DNA of 45,091 nucleotides from a virus. Numbering within the stretch: position 1 is the stretch's first letter; every line of letters begins with the position of its first letter. The notes beneath the pieces are model-generated. The model saw only the letters and a program-made list of their open reading frames with translations. It was not told the DNA's origin and did not search any database. Positions 1 to 8,936 of the stretch are shown here, piece by piece. The stretch covers positions 1-45,091 of IMG/VR virus record IMGVR_UViG_3300027742_000005; one strand, written 5' to 3'. The translations under genes were made by a program, and so were the position numbers.

Positions 1-99
1 CTATATCTTCAGTAGATAAATCTTTATGCACATTATTATAAACCGCAGTAGTTACATTCCAAGCAGTAGATAAAGTATATTGATAAACATCCCTCGTTG
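1..99. repeat. Terminal direct repeat, identical to 44993-45091 (circular-assembly overlap or terminal redundancy); unique genome length 44,992 bp
   Basis: Compared both ends base by base: ctatatcttcagtagataaatc...aacatccctcgttg occurs at both termini. A minus-strand frame passes through the junction without a stop. Confidence 0.95.
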
Positions 100-499
100 C
101 ATATCCCAACATATACATTTTAAGTCCATCGGGTTTAAATACAACCTTATATGGAGCTGTATCTTCTCCACTTACAAGTTTACTAGCACGAAATTTCAAA
201 TCGGCTAAATTCCAAGGAGTTCCACTTATTTTACCTACATCTGCATCATCTGATAATGATACATCAACTCTATATGCGGTTGCAATCCTTGAAGCTCCTA
301 AATTTACATAATATGTGGTTCCTAAATTTAACTTTTTTATTTTCTTGACTTTTATCTCTTTCTCAAAAGGCATAAAATTGATTATATGCTTAAATCCGCA
401 ATGTGGGCAGATGAGGATTGGTCGATTTGCTTTATCATATTCAAAGATATTATTTTCCAAGTTATATTCTTTTTTACATTTACAACATATTATCTTCAT
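1..499 (-). CDS. N-terminal part of the junction-spanning 1008-aa repeat protein (zinc ribbon plus first propeller-like blade); continues into 42465..45091
   Basis: ATG at 499-497, just after the stop of the upstream gene (512). My translation is MKIICCKCKKEYNLENNIFEYDKANRPILICPHCGFKH...VVFKPDGLKMYMLGYATRDVYQYTLSTAWNVTTAVYNNVHKDLSTEDIE. It leaves position 1 in the frame that is open at 45091. Confidence 0.75.
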   Translation of the reverse strand, partial: MKIICCKCKKEYNLENNIFEYDKANRPILICPHCGFKHIINFMPFEKEIKVKKIKKLNLGTTYYVNLGASRIATAYRVDVSLSDDADVGKISGTPWNLADLKFRASKLVSGEDTAPYKVVFKPDGLKMYMLGYATRDVYQYTLSTAWNVTTAVYNNVHKDLSTEDI

Positions 500-511
500 T
501 CTGCTCCTCTG

Positions 512-850
512 TTATTCCTTCTGGTATTCGTATTTTACTTTGCAATATTTCGCTGTGCTATTTGATACCGCACATCCGAATGGTCTATTGACTCCTAACC
601 CGCAAATCCATTTATTTCCATAACCGGGAGGATTTACCAAATAAACGCATTGACCATTTATAATAGGGAAGGGATGCTCTTTGGTTAAATGCTTACAACA
701 TTCTCCACACATTGAACATCCCTTTGTTTTGACTTTCCATTTATCTCCTCTGGTCTTCTCTGCTATTAAATCTATCCCCGCGAATACTCGTATATTTCTT
801 TCTTTTAAATCCTCTACTATATTATCTGGGATTTCCAATTCTATTTTCAT
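512..850 (-). CDS. Cys-cluster protein with CxxCxxCC motif (YkgJ/UPF0153-like zinc/iron-chelating domain)
   Basis: ATG 850 with SD GAGAGGA. 112 aa with 8 Cys, including C-S-M-C-G-E-C-C. Family name recalled from memory. Confidence 0.5.
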   Translation of the reverse strand: MKIELEIPDNIVEDLKERNIRVFAGIDLIAEKTRGDKWKVKTKGCSMCGECCKHLTKEHPFPIINGQCVYLVNPPGYGNKWICGLGVNRPFGCAVSNSTAKYCKVKYEYQKE

Positions 851-882
851 ACCAGTATCCTCTCTCTTGTTTCTTTTATTTT

Positions 883-1677
883 TTATGCTCCATCTATCTC
901 GATATCCAAATCCCCTGCTGGGAAATTTAACTGGTCTCCTATTCCTATTACTACTGAAGAATCCAATGCTCCATGGAATATCAGATTCGCTACCGCCTGC
1001 AAAGTTAAATTATCTGATATAAAGAAATGGGTAATCGTTCCCTGTGGTGCGGTGGTACAGGCATCGAATAATATTGCTCCTGTATTATCGGCGAGTTTCG
1101 CTGCTGCTGCATCCCAGGCATTGATATTCTTTCTGGCGTATCCGTTTCCGCTTGGTTCTCCTGCTGCCAGGCCTGATGCATCATCTTGCGGTGTGGCTTT
1201 AGCATATCCTACATATAAATTGGTTGGTACAGAAAGTTCTCCATTTTTGAATATGTGGTCCAAGAATGAATTTGCCCAGCTATTCCCTATTCCTCCTGCT
1301 GCCAGGGATACGTCTATATCTCCTATTGCGATATATAAATTATCTCCTGAATTTACGGTTATTTGGGTTATGTCGTCTTTCCCTAATAGGTTTCCTCCTG
1401 TTATGGCATCATATATTGCTACATAATTTACATTTCCCCAATCTGCTCCCGCCTCTGGAAACTCCAATTTGGCCTCATTCGATAATGCTCTGGCTGCTGC
1501 ATTAGTCCATCCGTTCGCTTGTACCCTGGCATAGGTTGACCCTGGGCATTCTGTACCTGCTCCTTCGGGATCTCCGTCAAATAATGCAATATAGATATTA
1601 GTTGGTTGTGCCAGTGGTGTGGTCTTTAGAATATGGTCTAATATTTTGTTACATACATCTATGCTTAAAACTCCCAT
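883..1677 (-). CDS. Tandem-duplicated Ala/Gly-rich virion accessory or fibre-like protein
   Basis: ATG 1677, SD AAGGAG. Two homologous halves: ILDHILK..PTNIYIALFDG..YARV..W..LEFPEA..WGNVNYVAIYDAITGGNLL versus FLDHIFK..PTNLYVGYAK..GYARKNINAW..ILFDAC..GTITHFFISD. The motif set recalls a widespread ~130-aa phage/prophage family. Local GC is 48-53% in two sampled 60-nt windows, against ~28% nearby. Confidence 0.4.
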   Translation of the reverse strand: MGVLSIDVCNKILDHILKTTPLAQPTNIYIALFDGDPEGAGTECPGSTYARVQANGWTNAAARALSNEAKLEFPEAGADWGNVNYVAIYDAITGGNLLGKDDITQITVNSGDNLYIAIGDIDVSLAAGGIGNSWANSFLDHIFKNGELSVPTNLYVGYAKATPQDDASGLAAGEPSGNGYARKNINAWDAAAAKLADNTGAILFDACTTAPQGTITHFFISDNLTLQAVANLIFHGALDSSVVIGIGDQLNFPAGDLDIEIDGA

Positions 1678-1702
1678 TTAAAATCAACTCCTTTCATTTT
1701 TT

Positions 1703-2521
1703 TTAAAAGCTGAATTCGATTCCCGCTTTTAAGTAATATTTATCTAAATTAAATTCAAAATCCTCTATCTCAAATAGATTCATTCCTGCTCCTATTATGA
1801 TATTATCGCCTATAGTATAGCATAAATCCAATCCCCCTTTTAAATCTTTAAAATCATATCCGGTAATATTCAGATTGAATTTTCTCCAATCCCATAATTG
1901 ATAACTCAGTCCGGGATAAAAAGATTCTGTATCTAAATCATATATCGCATTGAGACTAAGATTATATTTTTTATCTTCTTTCTTTTCTATTGTAGCTCCT
2001 GCCTTCAATTCTTCTATTGCTTCCTCTGCATCTCTGTGCCTGGTAATCTTAATTCCACTATCAAGGGATATCAGATTCCCTTCTGCATCTTCATAAATGA
2101 TAATCTTTTCTTCTCCTGTATTTACTAAGATTTTATCTTTACTTTCTCTATATTCTTTTATGCGTTCTTCAAATTCAATCCTCATCTTTTCAATTTTCTC
2201 TTTATTAACTTTCTCATTTTTTCTCAATTCAATTAATTCATCTTTCAATTCATTATAAGTTTCTGCATCCTCTTTGATTATAGTAGTTTCTTTCAGAGTA
2301 TCGGTTACTATTTTTTTCTCTATTACTGCTATTCCAGTATGAAGTTTAACAATTGCTTCTTGATTCTCATTTAATAATTCTATTAATCTTAATTCATTAT
2401 TTTTTACTTTCTCATTATTCTTAATTCTCCAATCCTGAAATGCCTGATATCCTTTATATCCCAAGAAAGCAAGAGTTATTAAAATGATTAAAATCAAGAC
2501 TATATTTATGATTTTTTTCAT
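1703..2521 (-). CDS. Membrane-anchored coiled-coil protein with a C-terminal OMP-like beta domain (candidate envelope-spanning lysis accessory)
   Basis: Track start is GTG 2530, but ATG 2521 has AAGGAG 8 nt upstream. N-terminal anchor KKIINIVLILIILITLAFLG, then ~150 aa of K/E-rich heptad-like sequence. The C-terminal ~90 aa has alternating hydrophobic strands ending YYLKAGIEFSF (terminal Phe). Confidence 0.55.
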   Translation of the reverse strand: MKKIINIVLILIILITLAFLGYKGYQAFQDWRIKNNEKVKNNELRLIELLNENQEAIVKLHTGIAVIEKKIVTDTLKETTIIKEDAETYNELKDELIELRKNEKVNKEKIEKMRIEFEERIKEYRESKDKILVNTGEEKIIIYEDAEGNLISLDSGIKITRHRDAEEAIEELKAGATIEKKEDKKYNLSLNAIYDLDTESFYPGLSYQLWDWRKFNLNITGYDFKDLKGGLDLCYTIGDNIIIGAGMNLFEIEDFEFNLDKYYLKAGIEFSF

Positions 2522-2535
2522 GTTAATCACTCCTT

Positions 2536-2706
2536 TTAAAATATGCTTATTATTTTATTCCATATCCATTTAATTCCTTTCCAGATTCCTTTTGCCAGTA
2601 ATAAAATCCAAGCTCCCCAACTTTTCAAGAAATCCTTAAAATTAAATATTACATAGATTATGGCCATTGCTCCTATAATCTGGAATATCAATTCTAAAAT
2701 ATCCAT
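2536..2706 (-). CDS. Small (56 aa) membrane protein with two hydrophobic segments (not in ORF track)
   Basis: ATG 2706 is preceded by AAGGGGG. Translation: MDILELIFQIIGAMAIIYVIFNFKDFLKSWGAWILLLAKGIWKGIKWIWNKIISIF. The stop directly abuts the SD of the next gene. Confidence 0.55.
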   Translation of the reverse strand: MDILELIFQIIGAMAIIYVIFNFKDFLKSWGAWILLLAKGIWKGIKWIWNKIISIF

Positions 2707-2719
2707 CTTCTATCCCCCT

Positions 2720-3163
2720 TTATCTAACTATTTTTATCCAAGTAGCATCTGTAAGTCCCATGTAATGCGCTGAAATGAATAATAATATTTCTTTTTTATA
2801 AGGGTCGGCAATCTCTGGTGTTATAAAATGTATGGAAGTTCCGGTAAATATTCCCGTCTTTAAATTCTTATTACCTCTGAATTCGCCATTACCTTTAGTA
2901 TACTTCCAGATAACTGCATCACTATTTATAAGTACTTCTTTTAATTCTTCTCTATCACTATATCCCTTTACTATAAATTTTAATTTCTCTCCGGCTTTAC
3001 ATTCATAAGGCATATTTTTGGAGTAATCAGGAAATATATGAAAGGTATTTATTTTTTCTTCTGATAGTATAACCGGTTCAGTATTTTTTTCATTTAGATA
3101 ACTAATATATTTTATCAGAACTCCTATTAATAATAACATCAAAATTATATATACATATACCAT
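2720..3163 (-). CDS. N-terminally anchored protein of unknown function in the lysis cassette
   Basis: Track start GTG 3172 overlaps the endolysin stop; ATG 3163 has SD GAGGTG. TM segment VYVYIILMLLLIGVLI followed by a ~120-aa beta-rich domain. Confidence 0.55.
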   Translation of the reverse strand: MVYVYIILMLLLIGVLIKYISYLNEKNTEPVILSEEKINTFHIFPDYSKNMPYECKAGEKLKFIVKGYSDREELKEVLINSDAVIWKYTKGNGEFRGNKNLKTGIFTGTSIHFITPEIADPYKKEILLFISAHYMGLTDATWIKIVR

Positions 3164-3168
3164 CTTTA

Positions 3169-3618
3169 TCACCTCGCTTTCTTTAAGAATTTTTCAAGAT
3201 TATATTCTCTACCTGAATAGATTGGTTTATCTCCATAATTCTTTAAGTACCAGAATTTAGAAGGATGAGGATTTACTACATCTACGTGTACATGATTAGG
3301 ATATATTCCTATTCTCAAAAATCCTACCCGGATACATAATTTTGCTAATTCCAGCATAGTCATTCCGATTACACTGATATCGGCAGCTTTACCGAATATG
3401 TGTGGAGAATTAGCATAACCGCCCACACTGGCGTTATAAGCAGGACATCTTCTTCCACTGTTTATCCTTGCAGTTTTTCCCATCTCTGTTAATTTCTGAA
3501 ATAGTTTATATAGTAATTCCAGAAGTAAAGCATTTATTTCATAAGGTTTGCCCTTGCATTCTGGACAAGGACATCCCATTTTTCCTTTAATTTCTCCTTT
3601 AGTCATTATCTGCTTCAT
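3169..3618 (-). CDS. Endolysin, peptidase M15 family (zinc D-Ala-D-Ala/L-Ala-D-Glu peptidase fold)
   Basis: SGRRCPAYNASVGGYANSPHIFGKAADISV (H-x6-D) and NHVHVDV (HxH) are the M15 zinc-ligand motifs. The gene follows the holin. The start is ambiguous (ATG 3618, 3606 or 3579). Confidence 0.85.
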   Translation of the reverse strand: MKQIMTKGEIKGKMGCPCPECKGKPYEINALLLELLYKLFQKLTEMGKTARINSGRRCPAYNASVGGYANSPHIFGKAADISVIGMTMLELAKLCIRVGFLRIGIYPNHVHVDVVNPHPSKFWYLKNYGDKPIYSGREYNLEKFLKKAR

Positions 3619-3847
3619 CTCCTTTACCTATGAAATAGAACTTTATAATATATCCGATTATTATTCCCCAGGTACTCATTACCATTGCAAAAGGAGTAGT
3701 AAATTCAAATTTTCCTAATAGAGTCATTTTATAAGCATTAATGATAATTATAGGGAATGGTACTGCCATTATCAGTACCAGAAATCTCCTTATTAGTCTG
3801 AATTTAATTATTTGTTTATTTATTTTGTTTAATCGTTTTATTGCCAT
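3599..3847 (-). CDS. Holin candidate (two TM helices)
   Basis: 82 aa with helices FLVLIMAVPFPIIIINAY and FAMVMSTWGIIIGYIIKFYFI and an acidic tail GDEADND. Lies immediately upstream of, and overlapping, the endolysin. Confidence 0.6.
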   Translation of the reverse strand: MAIKRLNKINKQIIKFRLIRRFLVLIMAVPFPIIIINAYKMTLLGKFEFTTPFAMVMSTWGIIIGYIIKFYFIGKGDEADND

Positions 3848-4181
3848 TATATACTTTTCTCCACATCCAGATGAATATCCCAGTAATGAAAGCTATAAAG
3901 AGGGCTAAAAGTGTATTCCATCTTGCTACCAATTCCTCGAGTTTTTCATAAAATCCAGCAATATTTATTTCATTTTTAGTTACTCTCTTTTCCATAAGAT
4001 TAACATTCGCGGTAACATTTTTGGAATTATCTTCAATGCGTCTAACTGTTTCTCTAATAGATTCTACCTTGCCATATAATTGAATCAATAATTCTCTATC
4101 AGTCAAATCAGATGGTTGAGAGAAAACTGATATCGGAAGCATAAATACAATTAATAATATTATTATAATTATCTTTTTCAT
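3816..4181 (-). CDS. Signal peptide / coiled coil / C-terminal TM protein (XhlA-like topology)
   Basis: KKIIIIILLIVFMLPISVFS/QP signal-like N-terminus, a coiled-coil middle, and the TM LLALFIAFITGIFIWMW plus a basic tail. Its position before holin and endolysin mirrors the xhlA-xhlB-xlyA order. Confidence 0.4.
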   Translation of the reverse strand: MKKIIIIILLIVFMLPISVFSQPSDLTDRELLIQLYGKVESIRETVRRIEDNSKNVTANVNLMEKRVTKNEINIAGFYEKLEELVARWNTLLALFIAFITGIFIWMWRKVYNGNKTIKQNK

Positions 4182-4199
4182 TATTATTTCAACTCCCTT

Positions 4200-4565
4200 C
4201 TACGAAATTATAACTTCATTAGTTATCCCTTTCCAATAAGCAGACCCTTCAGTTGCATCTACACAAATATATGCTTCTTCATCATATATCCATATACTCC
4301 CCTTTGCATAACCATCTCCAGAATCATCATCTACAGTAGGTAGAGCTTCAGCACTAAAATTATTCTTTACTACATTGGTAGCTATTTGGCCTACCGTACC
4401 ATCTTTAGGGTATAAACCATCTCCTAATTTTGTTTGTCCTATGATAGTTGCTAAATCTTCTATTATCTGTCTAATTTCATTTATGAGATTAAATTCATCC
4501 ATGAAATCAGCTGTATTCATTCTACCACTACCGGCACTCTCTTGAGTGAATTTATGATTAGCCAT
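4200..4565 (-). CDS. Small fibre-tip-like protein
   Basis: SD GGAGG. The C-terminal DDDSGDGYAKGSIWIYDEEAYICVDATEGSAYW resembles a GY..GS.W...Y.C.D...G.A.W motif I recall from short phage fibre proteins. Follows the large fibre gene. Confidence 0.35.
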   Translation of the reverse strand: MANHKFTQESAGSGRMNTADFMDEFNLINEIRQIIEDLATIIGQTKLGDGLYPKDGTVGQIATNVVKNNFSAEALPTVDDDSGDGYAKGSIWIYDEEAYICVDATEGSAYWKGITNEVIIS

Positions 4566-4568
4566 AAA

Positions 4569-7500
4569 TTAAACCTCCAATTCCAAAGTTAATATCGCTT
4601 CTTCTGTTTTAGCATTAATATTTATTTTCCTGATTTTAGTTAATATACTCAATTTTCCATCAATAATTCCTTCACCATCTGCTTTTGCTCCGATAACTCC
4701 ATTACCATCAATCTTATAATTTATCTGTCCATAAGCAAGTAATAGAGTATCTTCCCTTTCAAATGGCAGGGGTATATCATAATCAATATCAATCTTTAAT
4801 TTTAATTCCTGAAATCTATTTAAATAATCATCTCTTACAGATATACAAAAAGCTAAAGTCTGGATTAAATTATTCTTTATAGTTAATGTTCTTCTCCTGC
4901 CATATTTATCTATAATACTCTGGTCTGCTATAATACTGCATTTAATCTCCTTAATTATAATTGCATAATCTATCCCTGCAAAATCGGGTAGAGGAATACT
5001 GATATCTGGGAAATCGGGGAAATCCGGTAATTCAATAGGTGGAAATTCATCATCCCAATCATCTCCAGGTTCTTCTTCTATTTCATCCTGTTCCCCTTCA
5101 GGGTCCTCTATAATCATAAATGGAGCTTCATAATATTTTTCACCAGGAATTAAATCAACTATAAAAAAAGTTACTGATTCCCCACCGTACCATTCGCCAT
5201 CTTCATATACTATTCCTTCATTACAGCTCGTAGTTCTACCATATTTAATTCCTATTCTTGTTACTTTATATCCTTCTGGAAGACTATCTACTTTGATTTC
5301 GACTGTCTTTATGGCAGTAGTTGGGGATTCTATCGGTTCATTATCTTCACCACTAGGATTTTCATATTCAGTATCTGGTTCAATTATTATTTGATTAGTA
5401 ATTATCTCTACTTCTTCCCCGAATCCTCTACCTAATTCATTCTTACCAAATGCTTTTATTTTATAAATATCATTCGGTAATAATGCATCTAATATGCCAG
5501 TTCCTATACCAAGTTCATATTCTTCAAGAGAATATCCGGATAAATCTTCGGTACTTACTACTTTCAATAATTCTCCAACCGTTAGAAATCCAATAAGTAC
5601 CCCATTAGAAGCATATACAGGATTGGATTCTAAACTTGTAATAGTAAATCCATGAAAAGTATATTTACTTAAATCAAAATTATCTCCTGAAAATTCTTTT
5701 ATGACATGGAATCCTCTTTCGGTTACAATATTTGCTCCTATATCAGTTAATTCTCCATGACCTTTAGTCGAGAATGCAAGAGTATCTGTACATTCATTAG
5801 TAATAAGAGTCGGTATATTCTTCATCCATGTTCCGGCTACATATTTATTATCCCCATCATCCTTGCAGTATGCCCTAAACCACCAGATAATATCTTCTTC
5901 GGCAAGGTATAAATCATTATAAGTATCTTGAGAAGATAGATAGTATTCCTCTACTTCAAATCCTTCTCCAGTTTCCTTTACTTCTGTTCCTGTATCTTCT
6001 TCTCCTGGTTCCTCATCTTGTATCTTATATTCAAATCCCCTTTCTATAATAGTAGTATCTTTTTTGGTTATCTCTCCATAGAGATTTAAATGGCTGGCAA
6101 GCTTTGTTGCTTTCACATTTTCGATTAATGTACCCTCTTGTCTTACACCGGTCAGAGAATAGAAATCTAATTCATTCTGAATCTTAGTAGCCCAAGTAAA
6201 AACTTTTCCAAAAGTATATTGAGCAATCGAATAACCGCCTGTCTCGCTATCTATCCCAGTTATTAAAAAACTATCTTTTATCGAGCTTAAACTCTTTACA
6301 TAAGAAGTTCGAGATGGAATCCATTCAATTGGAGCTTCACTCAAATCAGTTTGTATAGTCCAACCCTGCTCTCCATATTCATTGCTATATATCAAATTCC
6401 CGGCGAATGCCAGGAAGTTATAATCTCCTACATAAAATCCTGATAGACTTGTTTCAGCTATTTTTTCCCATACATAGGGATCTTGTACCCAATGCCATTT
6501 CTCTATATTATTTGAGATTACATTTATCACATAATAATAACCATCATTATCTATGGCTAATCCTGTATATGCATGCGGGTCAATAGTGATACTTAATATC
6601 TCACTAGAACCTATCACGGTCAAATCAGCAGTGCTCCTCTTTTGCAAATATTGCATGTCATCATCTCTACCTCTTATACACAGATTCCCTTCGGGGTCGA
6701 TAGCAATAGAATAAGCTTCTCCTAATAAACTAATTGTGATAACTATAGCCCCATTTTTATTCCTTTTTATGAGTGTAGTTTCATCTTTTATGGAATAAGT
6801 ATTTCCATCTTCATCTACACAAATACAATTAGCATTCGAATAATCACCGACTAAATCCCAAGAATTATATATATTGCCATCTTTATCATAAGCAATCATA
6901 TACCATTCATATTCCCAGATATCCTGCACCAGCATAAATATCTTTGGGTCGAGTTGTTTAGTAGAGAATTTTACATATTCTTCGGAATAATATATTCCCG
7001 TTGGAGTAATTGCATATGCACGGACATAGAAATCCGTATTACCAGCTAATCCAGATGCAATAAGTTCATATTTTCCTTCATTACCAGCATTTATACTTCT
7101 ATCCCACATATCTGATTCGGAAGTTCCATATTTGAATCCTTTCGTAGTTACATTCCCATCAGCATCATCATTTATATAACCTATAAATTTGACGGTATTT
7201 TCCGCCATTTTTGTAACATCGATTGCGATAATTATTTTTAAAGCAGCTTTCGCATCAGTTGTAAAATCCTCCATCATTCCGTATTTTTCAATATATTCCC
7301 AATAACCTTCTTCTTCTCCTTCTGGCGGTACCCATCTCTTGAATTTACCATAGGCCTGATAATAATATTTGGTATATGCCACTAATCCGCCTTTAGTATA
7401 AGAAAATATTCCAGGTCCGGGAGTCCCAGAAGCATCATTATAAGTCGTGAGTGGCAATTCATCATCACAATAGAATCCCCATTTTATGCACTCCCATCCA

Positions 7501-7586
7501 TCATATTCGAATGATTCCCCCCTTAATATAGCATTATTATTTTTGACACTTTCCTGAGTCAATGTTGCAATAATAGGGTCTGCCAT
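4569..7586 (-). CDS. Large tail fibre / host-recognition protein with FN3-like modules and beta-propeller-type repeats
   Basis: Track start is TTG 7589; ATG 7586 shares a base with the upstream TGA. 1005 aa. FN3-like segments include FKYGTSESDMW..FYVRAYAITPTG and RGFEYKIQDEE..WWFRAYCKD. Repeats include DKDGNIYNS, DEDGNTYSI, DPEGNLCIR and DNDGYYYVI. Contains an acidic PDFPDFPD linker. Confidence 0.5.
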   Translation of the reverse strand: MADPIIATLTQESVKNNNAILRGESFEYDGWECIKWGFYCDDELPLTTYNDASGTPGPGIFSYTKGGLVAYTKYYYQAYGKFKRWVPPEGEEEGYWEYIEKYGMMEDFTTDAKAALKIIIAIDVTKMAENTVKFIGYINDDADGNVTTKGFKYGTSESDMWDRSINAGNEGKYELIASGLAGNTDFYVRAYAITPTGIYYSEEYVKFSTKQLDPKIFMLVQDIWEYEWYMIAYDKDGNIYNSWDLVGDYSNANCICVDEDGNTYSIKDETTLIKRNKNGAIVITISLLGEAYSIAIDPEGNLCIRGRDDDMQYLQKRSTADLTVIGSSEILSITIDPHAYTGLAIDNDGYYYVINVISNNIEKWHWVQDPYVWEKIAETSLSGFYVGDYNFLAFAGNLIYSNEYGEQGWTIQTDLSEAPIEWIPSRTSYVKSLSSIKDSFLITGIDSETGGYSIAQYTFGKVFTWATKIQNELDFYSLTGVRQEGTLIENVKATKLASHLNLYGEITKKDTTIIERGFEYKIQDEEPGEEDTGTEVKETGEGFEVEEYYLSSQDTYNDLYLAEEDIIWWFRAYCKDDGDNKYVAGTWMKNIPTLITNECTDTLAFSTKGHGELTDIGANIVTERGFHVIKEFSGDNFDLSKYTFHGFTITSLESNPVYASNGVLIGFLTVGELLKVVSTEDLSGYSLEEYELGIGTGILDALLPNDIYKIKAFGKNELGRGFGEEVEIITNQIIIEPDTEYENPSGEDNEPIESPTTAIKTVEIKVDSLPEGYKVTRIGIKYGRTTSCNEGIVYEDGEWYGGESVTFFIVDLIPGEKYYEAPFMIIEDPEGEQDEIEEEPGDDWDDEFPPIELPDFPDFPDISIPLPDFAGIDYAIIIKEIKCSIIADQSIIDKYGRRRTLTIKNNLIQTLAFCISVRDDYLNRFQELKLKIDIDYDIPLPFEREDTLLLAYGQINYKIDGNGVIGAKADGEGIIDGKLSILTKIRKININAKTEEAILTLELEV

Positions 7587-8935
7587 CAACTCACCGCCTC
7601 TAAGGTATTAAAATATATCCAGATAGAAGTCTTTTTACCATCAAAATTTTGAGCCCAAGCTTTAAATTTATGTTCTTTATTCGGAGTCAATCCGGTAATT
7701 TCATGCTCAAAATATCCTACTCCGAATGAACCTGTTTCATACCAACTTTGCAGGGCTTCTCCTTCTCCTTGCCATTCGAATCCTCTTATAGCTACTGTAT
7801 ATTTTCCTATGTCAGTTATTGCTCCTCTTATGATTGCAGATGTAGAAGTCAAACCCTTGACAGAAGAATATGCTCTTACTGATAACCATTTTCTCTTCAT
7901 CTCTCTCTTTTCACCTTCTATTATAATATGATTATATAATTCATCGAATCTTTCTTCCTTTTTTCTCAATAAATATTCATTATCATTGATTCTTTTAATT
8001 ACATCTCCATAAGTAGGGATGGGCTTAAATACTGGATTGCCTTCTCCATCAATATAGAATCTATATATTACTACTTCGGATAAAAGACTTAATGCTTTAA
8101 TAGCTGAAATATCATAACTGAATCTTGTTCTATCAATCATATGTCCAGTCGGGGTAACTAAATCGGAATTATTAAGCCAGGCATTTCTCTGGGAAGCATG
8201 TAATATTTTGGTTTCTACTAATATATCAGCAATTACATTCTCTACTGTTTGGGGAGTAAAATAATAAATTCTTAAACAGTTTGTACCGCTATAATCTGGA
8301 GTATTAGGAAATAGAAATATCAAATCATTAGTATCCCAATCATAAGTAAAATTAGCATTGAGATATATCTCTTTAAATCCGGTACCATCATAAGGAGAAG
8401 TAGAATCCTGAAATGCACGATAGATTCCCTTACAGTCATCAGGCATAGCATAAGTATCTTCTCCGCTTACTATATCTATGGCAGTCTGCTTTCCCCACCA
8501 TATCTTTTTCAATTTTGCTTCGGTCAAATAAGCAATATAATCCCTTCCGGTAATAATACATAAATGCTCTTTTGGTCCATAAGTCAATTTAGGTTTGTCG
8601 ATTATTCCATAGAACCAACTCCAGTAGTAATTAGTAGAATTCTTTCTTATTCCCAGATATAATTTTATCTTCCTACCTTGCCTTACATAATCATAATATT
8701 CTTTATTACTATCCAGAAAGGAATACTTATTATTCGTATTCGGTACAGTTAAGGTAAAATTGGTAGAGCAAGTTCGATTAAGAAGGTTGGTAATATTAGA
8801 ATTGATAGTAAATTTCTTTGTACCTTCCAATGCTATATAATTACCATACCCGGTATAATCTATTTCAGCTTTCAGACAGATTATATTTGCTTTATCTGTA
8901 AAATTATCTATTGCCAATCCTTGAAGATTTTGCAT
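7586..8935 (-). CDS. Tail tip / baseplate protein (Tal-like position) with a C-terminal FN3-like module
   Basis: 449 aa, SD GAGGT, second gene after the tape measure. C-terminus IRGFEWQGEGE...HKFKAWAQNFDG. Confidence 0.4.
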   Translation of the reverse strand: MQNLQGLAIDNFTDKANIICLKAEIDYTGYGNYIALEGTKKFTINSNITNLLNRTCSTNFTLTVPNTNNKYSFLDSNKEYYDYVRQGRKIKLYLGIRKNSTNYYWSWFYGIIDKPKLTYGPKEHLCIITGRDYIAYLTEAKLKKIWWGKQTAIDIVSGEDTYAMPDDCKGIYRAFQDSTSPYDGTGFKEIYLNANFTYDWDTNDLIFLFPNTPDYSGTNCLRIYYFTPQTVENVIADILVETKILHASQRNAWLNNSDLVTPTGHMIDRTRFSYDISAIKALSLLSEVVIYRFYIDGEGNPVFKPIPTYGDVIKRINDNEYLLRKKEERFDELYNHIIIEGEKREMKRKWLSVRAYSSVKGLTSTSAIIRGAITDIGKYTVAIRGFEWQGEGEALQSWYETGSFGVGYFEHEITGLTPNKEHKFKAWAQNFDGKKTSIWIYFNTLEAVS

Positions 8936-8936
8936 A

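Noticed and set aside
1-99. Interpreting the 99-bp terminal repeat as a biological direct terminal repeat (DTR) that defines the packaging ends
   Set aside because: It cuts through the middle of a long ORF, and its length is typical of assembler k-mer overlap. A circularisation artefact or circular permutation is more likely. This cannot be settled without reads.
1005-1205. Nested minus-strand ORFs (1005..1205, 21972..22175, 28231..28452, 43879..44070, 43997..44269, 44477..44734)
   Set aside because: They lie out of frame, entirely inside longer genes that have recognisable domains, and they have no SD sites.
883-1677. Diversity-generating retroelement targeting the fibre-like genes
   Set aside because: No reverse transcriptase ORF, and no template/variable repeat pair with adenine-specific differences, was seen anywhere in the genome.
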